Below, in pieces: positions 1 through 9,227 of a stretch of DNA of 31,225 bases (its first letter is position 1; each line of letters opens with the position of its first letter). The notes beneath the pieces were generated by a model. It did no database searches and was not told where the DNA came from. It was given only the letters and a program-made list of their open reading frames with translations. The position numbers were made by a program, and so were the translations under genes. This DNA comes from Candidatus Fraserbacteria bacterium. Its GTDB lineage: Bacteria > Bipolaricaulota > Bipolaricaulia > RBG-16-55-9. The stretch spans positions 85,265 to 116,489 of the forward strand of contig JBBIOR010000001.1 in NCBI GenBank assembly GCA_037443265.1, given 5' to 3'.

Positions 1-2310
1 GTAGCGCCAGAAGTGCAAGAAGCCTGTGGTGCGCCAGACGTTGATGCCGGCCGTGGGATCCACAGAGCCGGTAAACCCGATGACGACCGCCCCATAGCGG
101 CTCCCCTGTAGGTCCGTCACCAGGGCGTTGAAATCCTGGGCTTGATAGGGGGCCTGAATGCCGATCTGTTTGAAATCGTACTCGATCTGCTGCGACATCG
201 CCTCACGAATGGTGTTGCCGCGGTTGGTCACCAGAGGGAAGCTGATCTCACGCCCTTCCTGGGGCCCGAACCTCGAAGCGCAGTCGGCCTCATCCTGGCA
301 GGCCTTCTGGTTGATGAGGAATCTATCCGTGATGTTGCGCGTGCCGTCCCCATCCGTGTCGGTCAGGCCCAGATCCTCGAGCATCTTCCGGGCCCGCTCT
401 GGATCATAGGGATAGGTCTTGGCGGATTCGGCATCATAGAAGGGCGAGGGGACCGAGATCCAGGCCCACTGGGGCGAGCCTAACCCGTAGTAGATGTTCT
501 CAATCATGGCCTGCTTGTTGATCGCATAGGCCAGCGCTTGGCGGAATTCCTTCGTCCGGGTCACATATTGCAGGGCCCGATAACGGGGATCGGTGGGCGC
601 GAGCTTGGCAATGTCTTGATTGATCACCAGGAACGTGTTGCCATAGGGAGGGCCGCCCTTGAGGGTTCGCCAGCCCTTCTCCGGGGCGCTATTTAGGATC
701 TCGGCCCAGTCCTCCGGGCGAGCAGCGTACATATCGGACTGGCCGCTCTTAAAGTACAGGAACTGCGTGTCGATGTTCTGGACGATGAGCACGGCCAGCT
801 CATCCAGATAGGGCAACTGCACGCCGTCTTCGTCCACACGCCAGTAGTACGGGTTACGCTTAAGCAGCACCTGCTGGCCTGTCTGGTACCCTGCCAGCAC
901 ATAGGGCCCCAAGCCCGCGAACTCCTCGGGCGAGGTGTTGGTGTTCCACGCGTTGTTGAACGCATCGGGCGAGACTCCCGCAAACTGTCCGGCAGAGGCG
1001 GCCTGCGCGGCCCGATCCGCATAAGATTTCGCCCTCTCCAGCGCGTCGCGCAGATCTCCTGCCTCGACGGCCTGGATGAGCCGATCGAGAGCCCCTTTGA
1101 TTTGATCGACCGCGGCCTTTACTTGATCGGCGTCCTTCGCCTCTATAGCCGAAGAGAGCTGCTTGAGTGCCGTATCCAGCAGGGCCAGGGCTTGGGCGTC
1201 GGCCCTCGTAAGATCCTCACGATTGTTATTGATCGTGCTAGAGATTCCCTGAAGATTCCCGCCCGCGCCCGGATTGAGCTTGGCCACGTACTTGGCCAGC
1301 TTGTGCTTGGGCAGGATATTCGCCGAAAGACAATCGCGAATCAGAGGCCGGAAGGGCTCAGTGACGCTGGCTCGGACGGTATAGTCATCGAGCTTCTCAA
1401 CTTGGACGAACTGGCCTCCCACGATGCAGCCGTCGCGCAAGTTGGAGTTGACATCGTCGTTGCCGATGACATCTCGGAAGGTGAAGATGACGTCATCGGC
1501 GGTGAAGGGCGCTCCGTCGGACCACCGGATTCCCTGGCGTAGATAGAACGTGACGCTCTGGCCCTCTGGGGAGACCACCCAGCTCTTGGCTAAGCCGGGG
1601 ATGATCTCAGCGTTTAGGGGATTGATATCGATCAGGCCGGCCGTGCCCTGCATCAAGTTGATGATGTCCGTGGAGCTCGTCTCGGCGGCCGTGGCCGGGT
1701 TGAGCGTCTTCGGACCCGTCCCAAAGGTGGTGACGATCAGCTTTCCACCGGGGATTCCGGCACTCGTGATGCCCTCGGCTTCGGTGATCACCTGAGCGTC
1801 CGGCGGGATGGAGCCAGGCCTCAAGGGTGATGTAACCGGCTCGATGCCATAGAGCGTCTTCTTCCAGTCGAGGATCTCAACGATGTGCCGGTCTTTAGCA
1901 GTGAGCTTCAGCGCAAAATAGAGGCTTTGCTCCTCTTGGGGCTTGAGGGTGACCGTCTGAGAGCCGATGACTTTCCCATCGAGTTTGAGCTCGATGGCCC
2001 TCCCTGAGACGGCCTCCGTGCTTTTCACGCGCACATTGAAGGCCACCGAGCCCCCCACAACTACATAGCCATTCTCCGGGAAGGATTCGACTTGTACGAT
2101 CTTAAGCGGGCTGGCCAGAGAGGTGGTTCCTTGGCCCGTCACCGGGGAGGGCAGTTGAGTTGAAGAGGGCTCTTTCTTGGTCTCCGACGCTGGCTTTTGT
2201 GGCTCTTGAGATGGAATCTGCCTTTGCGCGGTTTGTTGTGGTCCACCGCATCCTGAAAGCACCAGCATGACGCTTACGAGGGCCAGCATCATAAGCGATA
2301 TAGGCCGCAT
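1..2310 (-). CDS. ABC transporter substrate-binding lipoprotein, family 5 (peptide/nickel type), with N-terminal Ig-like domain; 3' end runs off the window
   Basis: Absent from the ORF track because it has no stop in the window. Hand translation from ATG 2310 (GGAGG upstream): MRPISLMMLALVSVMLVLSGC lipobox; GPKTLNPATAAETSSTDI; PGLAKSWVVSPEGQSVTFYLRQGIRWSDGAPFTADDVIFTF (SBP_bac_5 signature); GLGPYVL...LKRNPYYW...LPYLDEL. Confidence 0.9.
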   Translation of the reverse strand, partial: MRPISLMMLALVSVMLVLSGCGGPQQTAQRQIPSQEPQKPASETKKEPSSTQLPSPVTGQGTTSLASPLKIVQVESFPENGYVVVGGSVAFNVRVKSTEAVSGRAIELKLDGKVIGSQTVTLKPQEEQSLYFALKLTAKDRHIVEILDWKKTLYGIEPVTSPLRPGSIPPDAQVITEAEGITSAGIPGGKLIVTTFGTGPKTLNPATAAETSSTDIINLMQGTAGLIDINPLNAEIIPGLAKSWVVSPEGQSVTFYLRQGIRWSDGAPFTADDVIFTFRDVIGNDDVNSNLRDGCIVGGQFVQVEKLDDYTVRASVTEPFRPLIRDCLSANILPKHKLAKYVAKLNPGAGGNLQGISSTINNNREDLTRADAQALALLDTALKQLSSAIEAKDADQVKAAVDQIKGALDRLIQAVEAGDLRDALERAKSYADRAAQAASAGQFAGVSPDAFNNAWNTNTSPEEFAGLGPYVLAGYQTGQQVLLKRNPYYWRVDEDGVQLPYLDELAVLIVQNIDTQFLYFKSGQSDMYAARPEDWAEILNSAPEKGWRTLKGGPPYGNTFLVINQDIAKLAPTDPRYRALQYVTRTKEFRQALAYAINKQAMIENIYYGLGSPQWAWISVPSPFYDAESAKTYPYDPERARKMLEDLGLTDTDGDGTRNITDRFLINQKACQDEADCASRFGPQEGREISFPLVTNRGNTIREAMSQQIEYDFKQIGIQAPYQAQDFNALVTDLQGSRYGAVVIGFTGSVDPTAGINVWRTTGFLHFWRY

Positions 2311-2344
2311 TGCGGGATCATCCTCCAGGATTTCCGATAGCTCT

Positions 2345-2373
2345 GTTATATCATGGGGCTCATCGCTTGACAA
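2345..2373 (-). promoter_or_regulatory. sigma70-type promoter for the leftward SBP gene
   Basis: Minus strand TTGTCA-17 nt-TATAAC with extended -10 TG. Confidence 0.6.
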
Positions 2374-2395
2374 ACTGCATTGCCTGCAGGCTTGC

Positions 2396-2424
2396 TTGAC
2401 TCGTGCCGAAAACCAGACTACAAT
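2396..2424 (+). promoter_or_regulatory. sigma70-type promoter for the SBP-oppB-oppC operon
   Basis: TTGACT-17 nt-TACAAT. Confidence 0.65.
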
Positions 2425-2479
2425 CACTTCGACTGAGAGTTCCTAAGGTCTCGAGCTCTGAAATGAGGGGGACAGAAAG

Positions 2480-4525
2480 ATGAGAAGGCAGCTTCCTGTG
2501 ATCAGCTTATGTGTGGCGCTTCTGGCGCTGTGGGGCTGTGGCGGAGGCCTGGCCTCCAATCAAGCCCCTACGGCTCAGTTTGACTACTCCCCCGGAAGCC
2601 CAAAGGCCGGGGAGGCAGTGACCTTCGATGCCGCGAAATCTACTGACCCCGATGGGAAGATCACGCAATACCAGTGGGAGTTCCCTGATGGGACGAAGGA
2701 AGCGGGGGCTAAGACGACCCGCAAATTCGACCAGCCCGGCACCTATACGGTGAAACTCACCGTCACGGACGACAAGCAGAAAACTGCCACGATCTCCAAG
2801 ACGATCACCGTCTCTCCCAGCGTGGCCGTAGATCCCACCGCCGAGCACCTGAGGCTCTCCCAGGGGACCGTGCTTAGGGTCCCTACGACCGCTGAGCCCA
2901 GAAATCTGCTCCCCAACGCCACTGAAGGCACCTGGGAAGGCATGATTTCAGGACTGATCTTCGACAGCATGGTCGGCTCCAACGAGCGATTAGAGAGTAT
3001 CCCCAGCATGGCCCGCTGGGACTGGGACCCCGAGAACTTGACGTTCACGTTCTTTCTGAAGAAGGGCATCAAGTTCCACGACGGCGTGGAACTCACCTGT
3101 GAAGATGTAATCTTCTCTTATAAGGTGTGGATCCACCCCGACTACCCCGGCGTGCGTTTCAGCTTCTTTGAGAACATCGTGGGGGCTCAAGAGTATCACG
3201 ATCGCAAGACGACCGACTGGCCCATCCCAGGACTGGCTTGTTTAGATAAATATACTTTCCGCGTGAAGCTCACCAAGGTCCAACGGACGTTCATCCCCTA
3301 TGCCGCTGGCTCGGGGATTCTGCCCAAGCACATCTACGAGCCCTTCTTTGAAGAGAACGGCTACGACAAGCTCAAAGGCGCGGATCTCATGCTCAAGAAG
3401 ACCATCGGCAGCGGCCCTTATAAGCTCGTCGAGTGGGTGCCCGGCCAGTACGTCAAACTGGAGCGCTTCAATGAGTACTGGCAGGGCCGGGCGGTGGAGA
3501 TCGAGGGCCAGACCTCCCTGGGCGGCGTCGAGCAGATCTACTTCATCGTCATCCCCGACCCCGATACGCAATACGCCAAGTTCCTCGCCGGCGAGGTGGA
3601 CGTGCTGCCCACCACGGTCGACCAGCACTTCGAACTCAAACAGAACCCCAAGGCTGCCACATATACTTTCCCCCAGCTCATCTATGACTACTGGCATTGG
3701 AATCTGAGAAACCCTCTCTTTCAGGACACACGCGTAAGAAAGGCCATGTGCTATGCGCTCGATCGGGAGAAGATGATCCAGCAAGTGTTGCGGGGCCTGG
3801 GGGAGTTGGCCGCGGGCGACACCCACCCCCTGCGCTGGGACTTTGACCCCGGCCTGCGCGAGATCCATCCCAACTACAATCCCAAGAAGACGATAGAGCT
3901 CATGGAAGCCGCCGGCTGGACCATCGAAAAGGACGCCCAGGGCAACATCAAGCCCGGGGCCGTCTGGACCAAGACCACCCCCGACGGCAAGGTCCTCAAG
4001 ATGGAGTTCGAGATCGCTACCAACACCGGCAATCCCAGACGCGCCGATTACATTCAGATCATACAGCAGCAACTGGCTCAGCTGGGCTTCCGCGCCACGC
4101 TCCGCACCCTGGATACCAACGCCTTCTACAATGATTATCTGCAGACGGGTAAGTTCGAGACGGCCGTGGCCGGCTGGCGGATCGGCAGCGACCCCGACAA
4201 GACCGAGATCTGGCATAGCAAGTCCATAGACACCAGCTTCAACTGGCAGGCCTACAGCAACCCTGAAGTCGATCGGCTCATCGAGGAGGGCCTCAACTAT
4301 GTGGACATTGAAGAGGCCAAGCCCATCTATCAGAGGATCAATCGCTTGATCGTGGAGGACATGGGCTACTGCTGGCTCAGCTTCCAACAGGGGACGTTGG
4401 CCGCCCGGCCCGAGCTTAAGGGCCTGGAGCCCTTCCACCCCTCCGGCTGGTACGTAAACCTCACCAACTGGTACTGGCAGGGGAAGGGCCTGCCCGTCAC
4501 CGTCAAGGGCACAAGCGCGCGCTAA
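2480..4525 (+). CDS. Family-5 ABC substrate-binding lipoprotein with N-terminal PKD domain
   Basis: Lipobox LWGC; PKD-like NQAPTAQFDYSP...VTFDAAKSTDPDGKITQYQWEFPDG...PGTYTVKLTVTD; SBP5 motifs FFLKKGIKFHDGVELTCEDV, IGSGPYKLVEWVPGQYVKLERF, FQDTRVRKAMCYALDRE. Confidence 0.92.
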   Translation: MRRQLPVISLCVALLALWGCGGGLASNQAPTAQFDYSPGSPKAGEAVTFDAAKSTDPDGKITQYQWEFPDGTKEAGAKTTRKFDQPGTYTVKLTVTDDKQKTATISKTITVSPSVAVDPTAEHLRLSQGTVLRVPTTAEPRNLLPNATEGTWEGMISGLIFDSMVGSNERLESIPSMARWDWDPENLTFTFFLKKGIKFHDGVELTCEDVIFSYKVWIHPDYPGVRFSFFENIVGAQEYHDRKTTDWPIPGLACLDKYTFRVKLTKVQRTFIPYAAGSGILPKHIYEPFFEENGYDKLKGADLMLKKTIGSGPYKLVEWVPGQYVKLERFNEYWQGRAVEIEGQTSLGGVEQIYFIVIPDPDTQYAKFLAGEVDVLPTTVDQHFELKQNPKAATYTFPQLIYDYWHWNLRNPLFQDTRVRKAMCYALDREKMIQQVLRGLGELAAGDTHPLRWDFDPGLREIHPNYNPKKTIELMEAAGWTIEKDAQGNIKPGAVWTKTTPDGKVLKMEFEIATNTGNPRRADYIQIIQQQLAQLGFRATLRTLDTNAFYNDYLQTGKFETAVAGWRIGSDPDKTEIWHSKSIDTSFNWQAYSNPEVDRLIEEGLNYVDIEEAKPIYQRINRLIVEDMGYCWLSFQQGTLAARPELKGLEPFHPSGWYVNLTNWYWQGKGLPVTVKGTSAR

Positions 4526-4545
4526 GCTCAGATGAGGAGTCGGCC

Positions 4546-5499
4546 GTGATCCAGTACATCATTCGGCGGACGCTGGTGCTCATCCCGACACTCTTTGTGA
4601 CTACCATGGTCATCTTCTTGATTGTGCAGCTGGCACCGGGAGATCCGCTGGAGATCTTCGTCAGCCCGGAAGTGAAGCTCACTCCGGAAGAGAAGGCCCG
4701 GATTCGTCACCAGTTGGGCTTGGATCGCCCGCTGTATGAGCAGTACGCCCGCTGGGTGACGGATTTCTTCGTGGGCAATATGGGCACGTCGTTCAATTAT
4801 AAAGTGCCCGTGTGGGATCTGATCAAGACTCGCCTCTGGCCCACCGTGCAGCTCATGGGGCTCTCGCTGCTTCTGGCTTTGCTGGTGGCCATCCCGGCGG
4901 GGGTGCTCAGTGCGCTACGCCAGTACTCCTGGCTGGATAACACCGTGACGGCCTTGGCCTTCTTTGGGATCTCCATGCCCAACTTCTGGCTGGGGCTTTT
5001 AATGATCTTCCTCTTCTCGGTCTATCTGGGGTGGCTTCCGACCTCGGGCATGATCAGCCCAGGAGGGGGAGGCTTGCTGGATCGCTTGGCCCATCTGATC
5101 ATGCCGGTCTTCGTGCTATCAACGGGCTTTATCGCTGGATTTTCGCGCTACATGCGCTCGCAGATGCTGGAAGTGATGCATGAGGAGTACGTCTACACGG
5201 CCCGGGCCAAAGGCCTCAAAGAATCCATCGTGATCTTCAAGCACATCCTGCGCAATGCCCTGCTGCCGGTCGTCACGCTTCTGGGACTGTCGCTGCCCAT
5301 CTTCGTCAGCGGCGCTTTGATCACCGAGCAGGTCTTCGGCTGGCCGGGCCTGGGCCAGTTCTTCTGGCAAGCCGCAACCCAGAGAGACTACCCGGTCATT
5401 ATGGCCATCTTGACCCTGGCAGCCATCTTGACGCTTCTGGGCAATTTCCTGGCAGATCTAGCTTACGGCCTAGTCGATCCGCGTATCCGTTATGACTGA
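4546..5499 (+). CDS. oppB: Peptide ABC transporter permease (OppB/DppB type)
   Basis: MIQYIIRR start; LGLDRPLYEQY; SMPNFWLG; EAA-like YVYTARAKGL...KHILRNALLP; DLAYGLVDPRIRY. Confidence 0.92.
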   Translation: MIQYIIRRTLVLIPTLFVTTMVIFLIVQLAPGDPLEIFVSPEVKLTPEEKARIRHQLGLDRPLYEQYARWVTDFFVGNMGTSFNYKVPVWDLIKTRLWPTVQLMGLSLLLALLVAIPAGVLSALRQYSWLDNTVTALAFFGISMPNFWLGLLMIFLFSVYLGWLPTSGMISPGGGGLLDRLAHLIMPVFVLSTGFIAGFSRYMRSQMLEVMHEEYVYTARAKGLKESIVIFKHILRNALLPVVTLLGLSLPIFVSGALITEQVFGWPGLGQFFWQAATQRDYPVIMAILTLAAILTLLGNFLADLAYGLVDPRIRYD

Positions 5500-5511
5500 T
5501 ATAAAAACCCT

Positions 5512-6435
5512 ATGGCCAAATACGCCTCGCTCGTGACCCGAGAAGTCAAAGCCCCCACGGCGGAGCTCCCGCTGGAGCGGCGGACGTTCTTCAAACTCTT
5601 CTGGCGGCAGCTTAGAAGGAGCCCGCTGGCGATGATCTCGCTCTTTGTGCTCCTGCTGCTCTACGCCATGATGCTGGCCGCCCCGCTCATCACGCAGTAC
5701 GTGGGCTATGATCCCTATCAGGTCTACGTGGGCGGGCGCAATGAAGGCCCCTCAGCCAAGCACTGGTTCGGGACGGATCATCTGGGCCGAGATCTGTTCA
5801 GTCGGGTGGTCTGGGGCTCGCGGATTTCGCTTACCATCGGGCTGCTGGCGGCCTCCGTCACGGTCCTCGTCGGGGCACTCTTAGGGGCCATCGCCGGCTA
5901 CTTCGGTGGCTCGCTCGATAATCTCATCATGCGCTTTACGGATGTCGTGCTCAACTTCCCGTTCTTGTTCTTTGCGATCACCATCGTGACGGTCATCGGC
6001 CCGAGCTTCTGGAACATCGTCTGGGCCATTGGGTTTCTCTCCTGGCCAGGGATTGCCCGAATCGTCCGCGGGAACATCTTGTCTTTGAGGGAGAGGGAAT
6101 TTATTCTGGCCGCCAGGGCCATGGGAGCCGGGGCGGGCCGGATCATCTTCCAGCACCTTCTGCCCAACACCATGGCTCCGATCATCGTCAACGCCACGCT
6201 CACGGTGGCCGGGGCGATCCTGGCCGAGGCGGGCTTAAGCTATCTGGGCTTGGGAGTCCAGCCGCCCACGCCCAGCTGGGGCAATATCCTCCTAGATGGG
6301 AAGCCTTATCTAGCTAGTAACATCTGGTACACGCTCTTCCCAGGGCTCTTCATCTTTATTACAGTCTTGTGCATCAACTTCCTGGGCGATGGGCTGCGCG
6401 ATGCGCTTGACCCCAGACTCTCCACGCAGGGCTAG
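5512..6435 (+). CDS. oppC: Peptide ABC transporter permease (OppC/DppC type)
   Basis: HWFGTDHLGRDLFSR; EFILAARAMGA; HLLPN; LSYLGLGVQPPTPSWG; NFLGDGLRDALDP. Confidence 0.92.
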   Translation: MAKYASLVTREVKAPTAELPLERRTFFKLFWRQLRRSPLAMISLFVLLLLYAMMLAAPLITQYVGYDPYQVYVGGRNEGPSAKHWFGTDHLGRDLFSRVVWGSRISLTIGLLAASVTVLVGALLGAIAGYFGGSLDNLIMRFTDVVLNFPFLFFAITIVTVIGPSFWNIVWAIGFLSWPGIARIVRGNILSLREREFILAARAMGAGAGRIIFQHLLPNTMAPIIVNATLTVAGAILAEAGLSYLGLGVQPPTPSWGNILLDGKPYLASNIWYTLFPGLFIFITVLCINFLGDGLRDALDPRLSTQG

Positions 6436-6620
6436 AGGGCCTTGACGACTCTTCCGGCCTTAAGACATCGGGTGCACACGGTCAGGATCACACGTCGGCC
6501 CTCATGGAAGGCCCGCACCCTCTGGAGATTGGGCCGGCGGGCACGGTGGCTGCGATTGCCCGCGTGGCTGACTTTATGGCCAAAACTCGTACCCTTGCCG
6601 CAGATCTCACAAACCGCCAT
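6432..6620 (-). CDS. rpmB: 50S ribosomal protein L28 (Zn-ribbon C+ form)
   Basis: MAVCEICGKGTSFGHKVSHAGNRSHRARRPNLQRV...VCTRCLKAG. Start moved to ATG 6620 after the GAGGTG SD. Confidence 0.95.
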   Translation of the reverse strand: MAVCEICGKGTSFGHKVSHAGNRSHRARRPNLQRVRAFHEGRRVILTVCTRCLKAGRVVKAL

Positions 6621-6625
6621 CTCGT

Positions 6626-7627
6626 TCACCTCGCTTGCCTCTTTTTGAGCTCTGCAATGAGTGCTGGGATAATCTCATGGAGATCCCCAATGACGCCGTA
6701 GTCGGCCCGAGCAAAGATGGGCGCTTCCGGGTCTTTGTTGATGGCCAGAATGCGCTTGGCGCCCTTCACCCCGACCATGTGCTGAATGGCTCCGCTGATT
6801 CCGCAGGCGATATAAAGATCCGGCGCGATCTGGACGCCTGTCTGGCCAATTTGATCGGAGTGAGGCCGCCAGCCGTTGTTGGTAGCCACGCGCGTCCCGC
6901 CCACGGCCCCGCCCAAAAGCTGCGCCAACTCCTCTAAAATCTTAAAGCCTTCGGCACCACCCACGCCCCGACCGCCTCCCACGACCACTTTCGCATCGGC
7001 CAGCGAAGCTCCAGTTCTTTTGGCTTCCAGGCGCTCTTTCACCCGCACGCGAAGATCTCTCTCCTCAAGCGACGGGCTGAAGATCTCAATCTGAAACTCT
7101 AAAGCGGGAGAGGCTTCGGCCGGGATCGCATGGGGAGCCACTGTCAGGAGCTTGGGATCGCCCTTAAGCTCCGCATCTTCCAGAAGACTTCCGCCCCAGC
7201 GCAGCCTCGTCACTTCAAAGGGGGGGCCGGGCCGGACTTCCGTACAATTAGCGGCCATGGCGAGGCCTAAGTGCGCCGCCACACGAGCCAGAAGCTCGTT
7301 GCCGCGATCCGTCCCCGCGGCGGCCACCACCTGAGGCCTCTTCGCTTCAATGAGCTGAGCCAGGCCTTTGGCCCAAGCCTCGGGCGCATAGCTGTCCCAG
7401 CGTTCATGGGGGATGAGATAAACCCGCCTCACCCCCTGCTCTTTCAGCGATGGCCCAAGAGGCTCTGCCTCCCGGCCGATGAGAGCGGCTTCCAAGGGGG
7501 CGCTAAGGAGAGCCGCCACGCCCCGCAGCAGGGTGAGCATCTCCAGCGATTCCTCTAAAATCCTCCCACGATCGTGCTCTACGACCCCGAGAATAGCTGC
7601 GCTGTTTCTCGCTACGCTCGAAATCAT
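6626..7627 (-). CDS. etfA: Electron transfer flavoprotein alpha subunit (EtfA/FixB)
   Basis: LADAKVVVGGGRG; QIGQTGVQIAPDLYIACGISGAIQHMVG; AINKDPEAPIF. Confidence 0.95.
   Translation of the reverse strand: MISSVARNSAAILGVVEHDRGRILEESLEMLTLLRGVAALLSAPLEAALIGREAEPLGPSLKEQGVRRVYLIPHERWDSYAPEAWAKGLAQLIEAKRPQVVAAAGTDRGNELLARVAAHLGLAMAANCTEVRPGPPFEVTRLRWGGSLLEDAELKGDPKLLTVAPHAIPAEASPALEFQIEIFSPSLEERDLRVRVKERLEAKRTGASLADAKVVVGGGRGVGGAEGFKILEELAQLLGGAVGGTRVATNNGWRPHSDQIGQTGVQIAPDLYIACGISGAIQHMVGVKGAKRILAINKDPEAPIFARADYGVIGDLHEIIPALIAELKKRQAR
7593..7624 (-). repeat. Dispersed ~32-bp repeat, copy 1, inside the etfA 5' end
   Basis: ATTTCGAGCGTAGCGAGAAACAGCGCAGCTAT on the minus strand matches 26856-26891 at 30/32 positions plus a 4-nt indel. 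Confidence 0.6.
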
Positions 7628-8379
7628 CGCGGGATCACCCCCAGCTCCTTGAGCTTGGCGATGATGGCAGGCACGGCTTCCGCACCCTGGCCCAAGAGCT
7701 CGACTTGCCCTCGCCGCTCCGGCGGCTTTCTCAAGCTCTTCTTGACGAGCCCCGCTTCTTTCTGGGAGGGCTTGATCCGCTCGATCTCTTTCTTCTTGGC
7801 CATCATGATGCCCCGCAGCGACGGATGCCGCGGCGTATTGATCCCTTCCTTCACCGTGAAGACCGCCGGTAGCGGGACTTCATAGACCTCCCAGCCGCCG
7901 CGAACTTCACGTTTTGCCAGGGCCTTCCCATTCTCGATCTTAAGCGCTTTGATCCCTGTCACACAGGGAAGATCCAGCGCATAAGCCACGCGCACGCCCA
8001 CTTGATAGTTGCCCGCATCCGCCGACTCGTTGCCAAATAGCAGAACATCAAAAGATAGAGCCCGGATGGCCTCCACGATGGCCGAAGCTGTAGCGGCAGC
8101 GTCCCATTCACTGCCATCTGTTTCTAAAAGGACGCCGCGCTCGATCCCCTTGGCCAGCGCCTCGCGGATCTGCTCCGATGCCGCCTCCGGCCCCAAGGTG
8201 AGCACCGTGCTCGTGCCTCCGTGCTGCTCCACAAGGCGAATGGCCTCTTCCACCGCGCACTCCTCGTGGGGGCTGATCGTAAATTCCAGATTGCGCGTGT
8301 CTATGTCTTGTCGATCCGCCGTGAGCTCAAACCTGGACCCCGTATCCGGAACGCGCTTGATGCAGACGAGCACATTCAT
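7624..8379 (-). CDS. etfB: Electron transfer flavoprotein beta subunit (EtfB/FixA)
   Basis: MNVLVCIKRVPD; AVEEAIRL; GNESADAGNYQVG; INTPRHPSLRGIMMAKKK. An alternative GTG start exists at 8388. Confidence 0.95.
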   Translation of the reverse strand: MNVLVCIKRVPDTGSRFELTADRQDIDTRNLEFTISPHEECAVEEAIRLVEQHGGTSTVLTLGPEAASEQIREALAKGIERGVLLETDGSEWDAAATASAIVEAIRALSFDVLLFGNESADAGNYQVGVRVAYALDLPCVTGIKALKIENGKALAKREVRGGWEVYEVPLPAVFTVKEGINTPRHPSLRGIMMAKKKEIERIKPSQKEAGLVKKSLRKPPERRGQVELLGQGAEAVPAIIAKLKELGVIPR

Positions 8380-8397
8380 CCTTATCACCCGATGCTT

Positions 8398-9105
8398 TTA
8401 GATTCTCAGTCGGTTGGATCGTGGATGGGCGGCCATCTCCGCCAGCGGCGGCTGTAGATAGAGCGGCTCGAGCTCGTAGAGCTCATCGTGGCCTGTGGCG
8501 CGATACTTCTCAAGACCCAATCGGGCAATCTCAAGCCCGGAGGGCTCATTGAGCGCCACCGGAGCCAAGACGGCCTCAGGGCATCTCTCTAGGAGCATGG
8601 CTCGATGGCACTCCACCCCCGGCCCGACGAAGAGAACCTTCTCCTCGCGAGTGGCATGATCCCGCAAGCGTTGGGGCAGACCTTCGAGCGCGCTTATTTG
8701 CAGTGGGACGATCAACTCGCCTCCTCGAAAGGCCGCATAATAGACCCACCCGCGGCGATCGGGCAGCAGCACCCAAACCGGGCCGGCCCAAAAGCCCGCC
8801 GCCCGCACGTAGGCGTCGGCCGCCGACACGCCCACGATCGGAATCTCCAAGGCTTTGGCCAGGCCCTTGGCCGTGGCAATGCCAATCCTTAGCCCGGTGA
8901 ACGAACCGGGGCCGATAGACACAGCGATGAGACCCAGCTCATCCCTCTTCGCCTCGGCCAATTGCAGAAGAGCCTCGACGGCGGGCAGGAGCTTTCCGCC
9001 CTGATTCTTACCCGCCGGGAAGAGTATATCCGCGAAAGGCTCATCCTCTCGCATAAGACCGACGCTGCCATGCTTACCGGCCGTCTCCAAGCCCAAAATC
9101 CACAT
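8398..9105 (-). CDS. tsaB: tRNA t6A biosynthesis protein TsaB
   Basis: ILGLETA start; IAVSIGPGSFTGLRIGIATAKGLA; C-terminal LEPLYL. Confidence 0.93.
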   Translation of the reverse strand: MWILGLETAGKHGSVGLMREDEPFADILFPAGKNQGGKLLPAVEALLQLAEAKRDELGLIAVSIGPGSFTGLRIGIATAKGLAKALEIPIVGVSAADAYVRAAGFWAGPVWVLLPDRRGWVYYAAFRGGELIVPLQISALEGLPQRLRDHATREEKVLFVGPGVECHRAMLLERCPEAVLAPVALNEPSGLEIARLGLEKYRATGHDELYELEPLYLQPPLAEMAAHPRSNRLRI

Positions 9106-9113
9106 GACGCTGC

Positions 9114-9142
9114 ATTGTATGGGACTTTTCTTCCTCTTGCAA
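9114..9142 (-). promoter_or_regulatory. Promoter of tsaB-etfBA-rpmB, near-leaderless
   Basis: TTGCAA-17 nt-TACAAT, with the ATG 8 nt downstream and no SD. Confidence 0.65.
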
Positions 9143-9161
9143 GCAGACTTGCCCGCAGCCC

Positions 9162-9190
9162 TTGACGGAATGCTTGAGTTTTGCTATAGT
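9162..9190 (+). promoter_or_regulatory. Promoter of the glutaredoxin gene
   Basis: TTGACG-17 nt-TATAGT with extended -10 TG. Confidence 0.65.
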
Positions 9191-9227
9191 GCAGTCCCAA
9201 ATTCAGCAAGCGAAGGAAGGGACCGCC

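Noticed and set aside
3242..4438. 398-aa antisense ORF, and many similar shorter overlapping ORFs in the track
   Set aside because: Shadow frames of GC-rich genes with clear family motifs on the other strand or frame; no motifs of their own.
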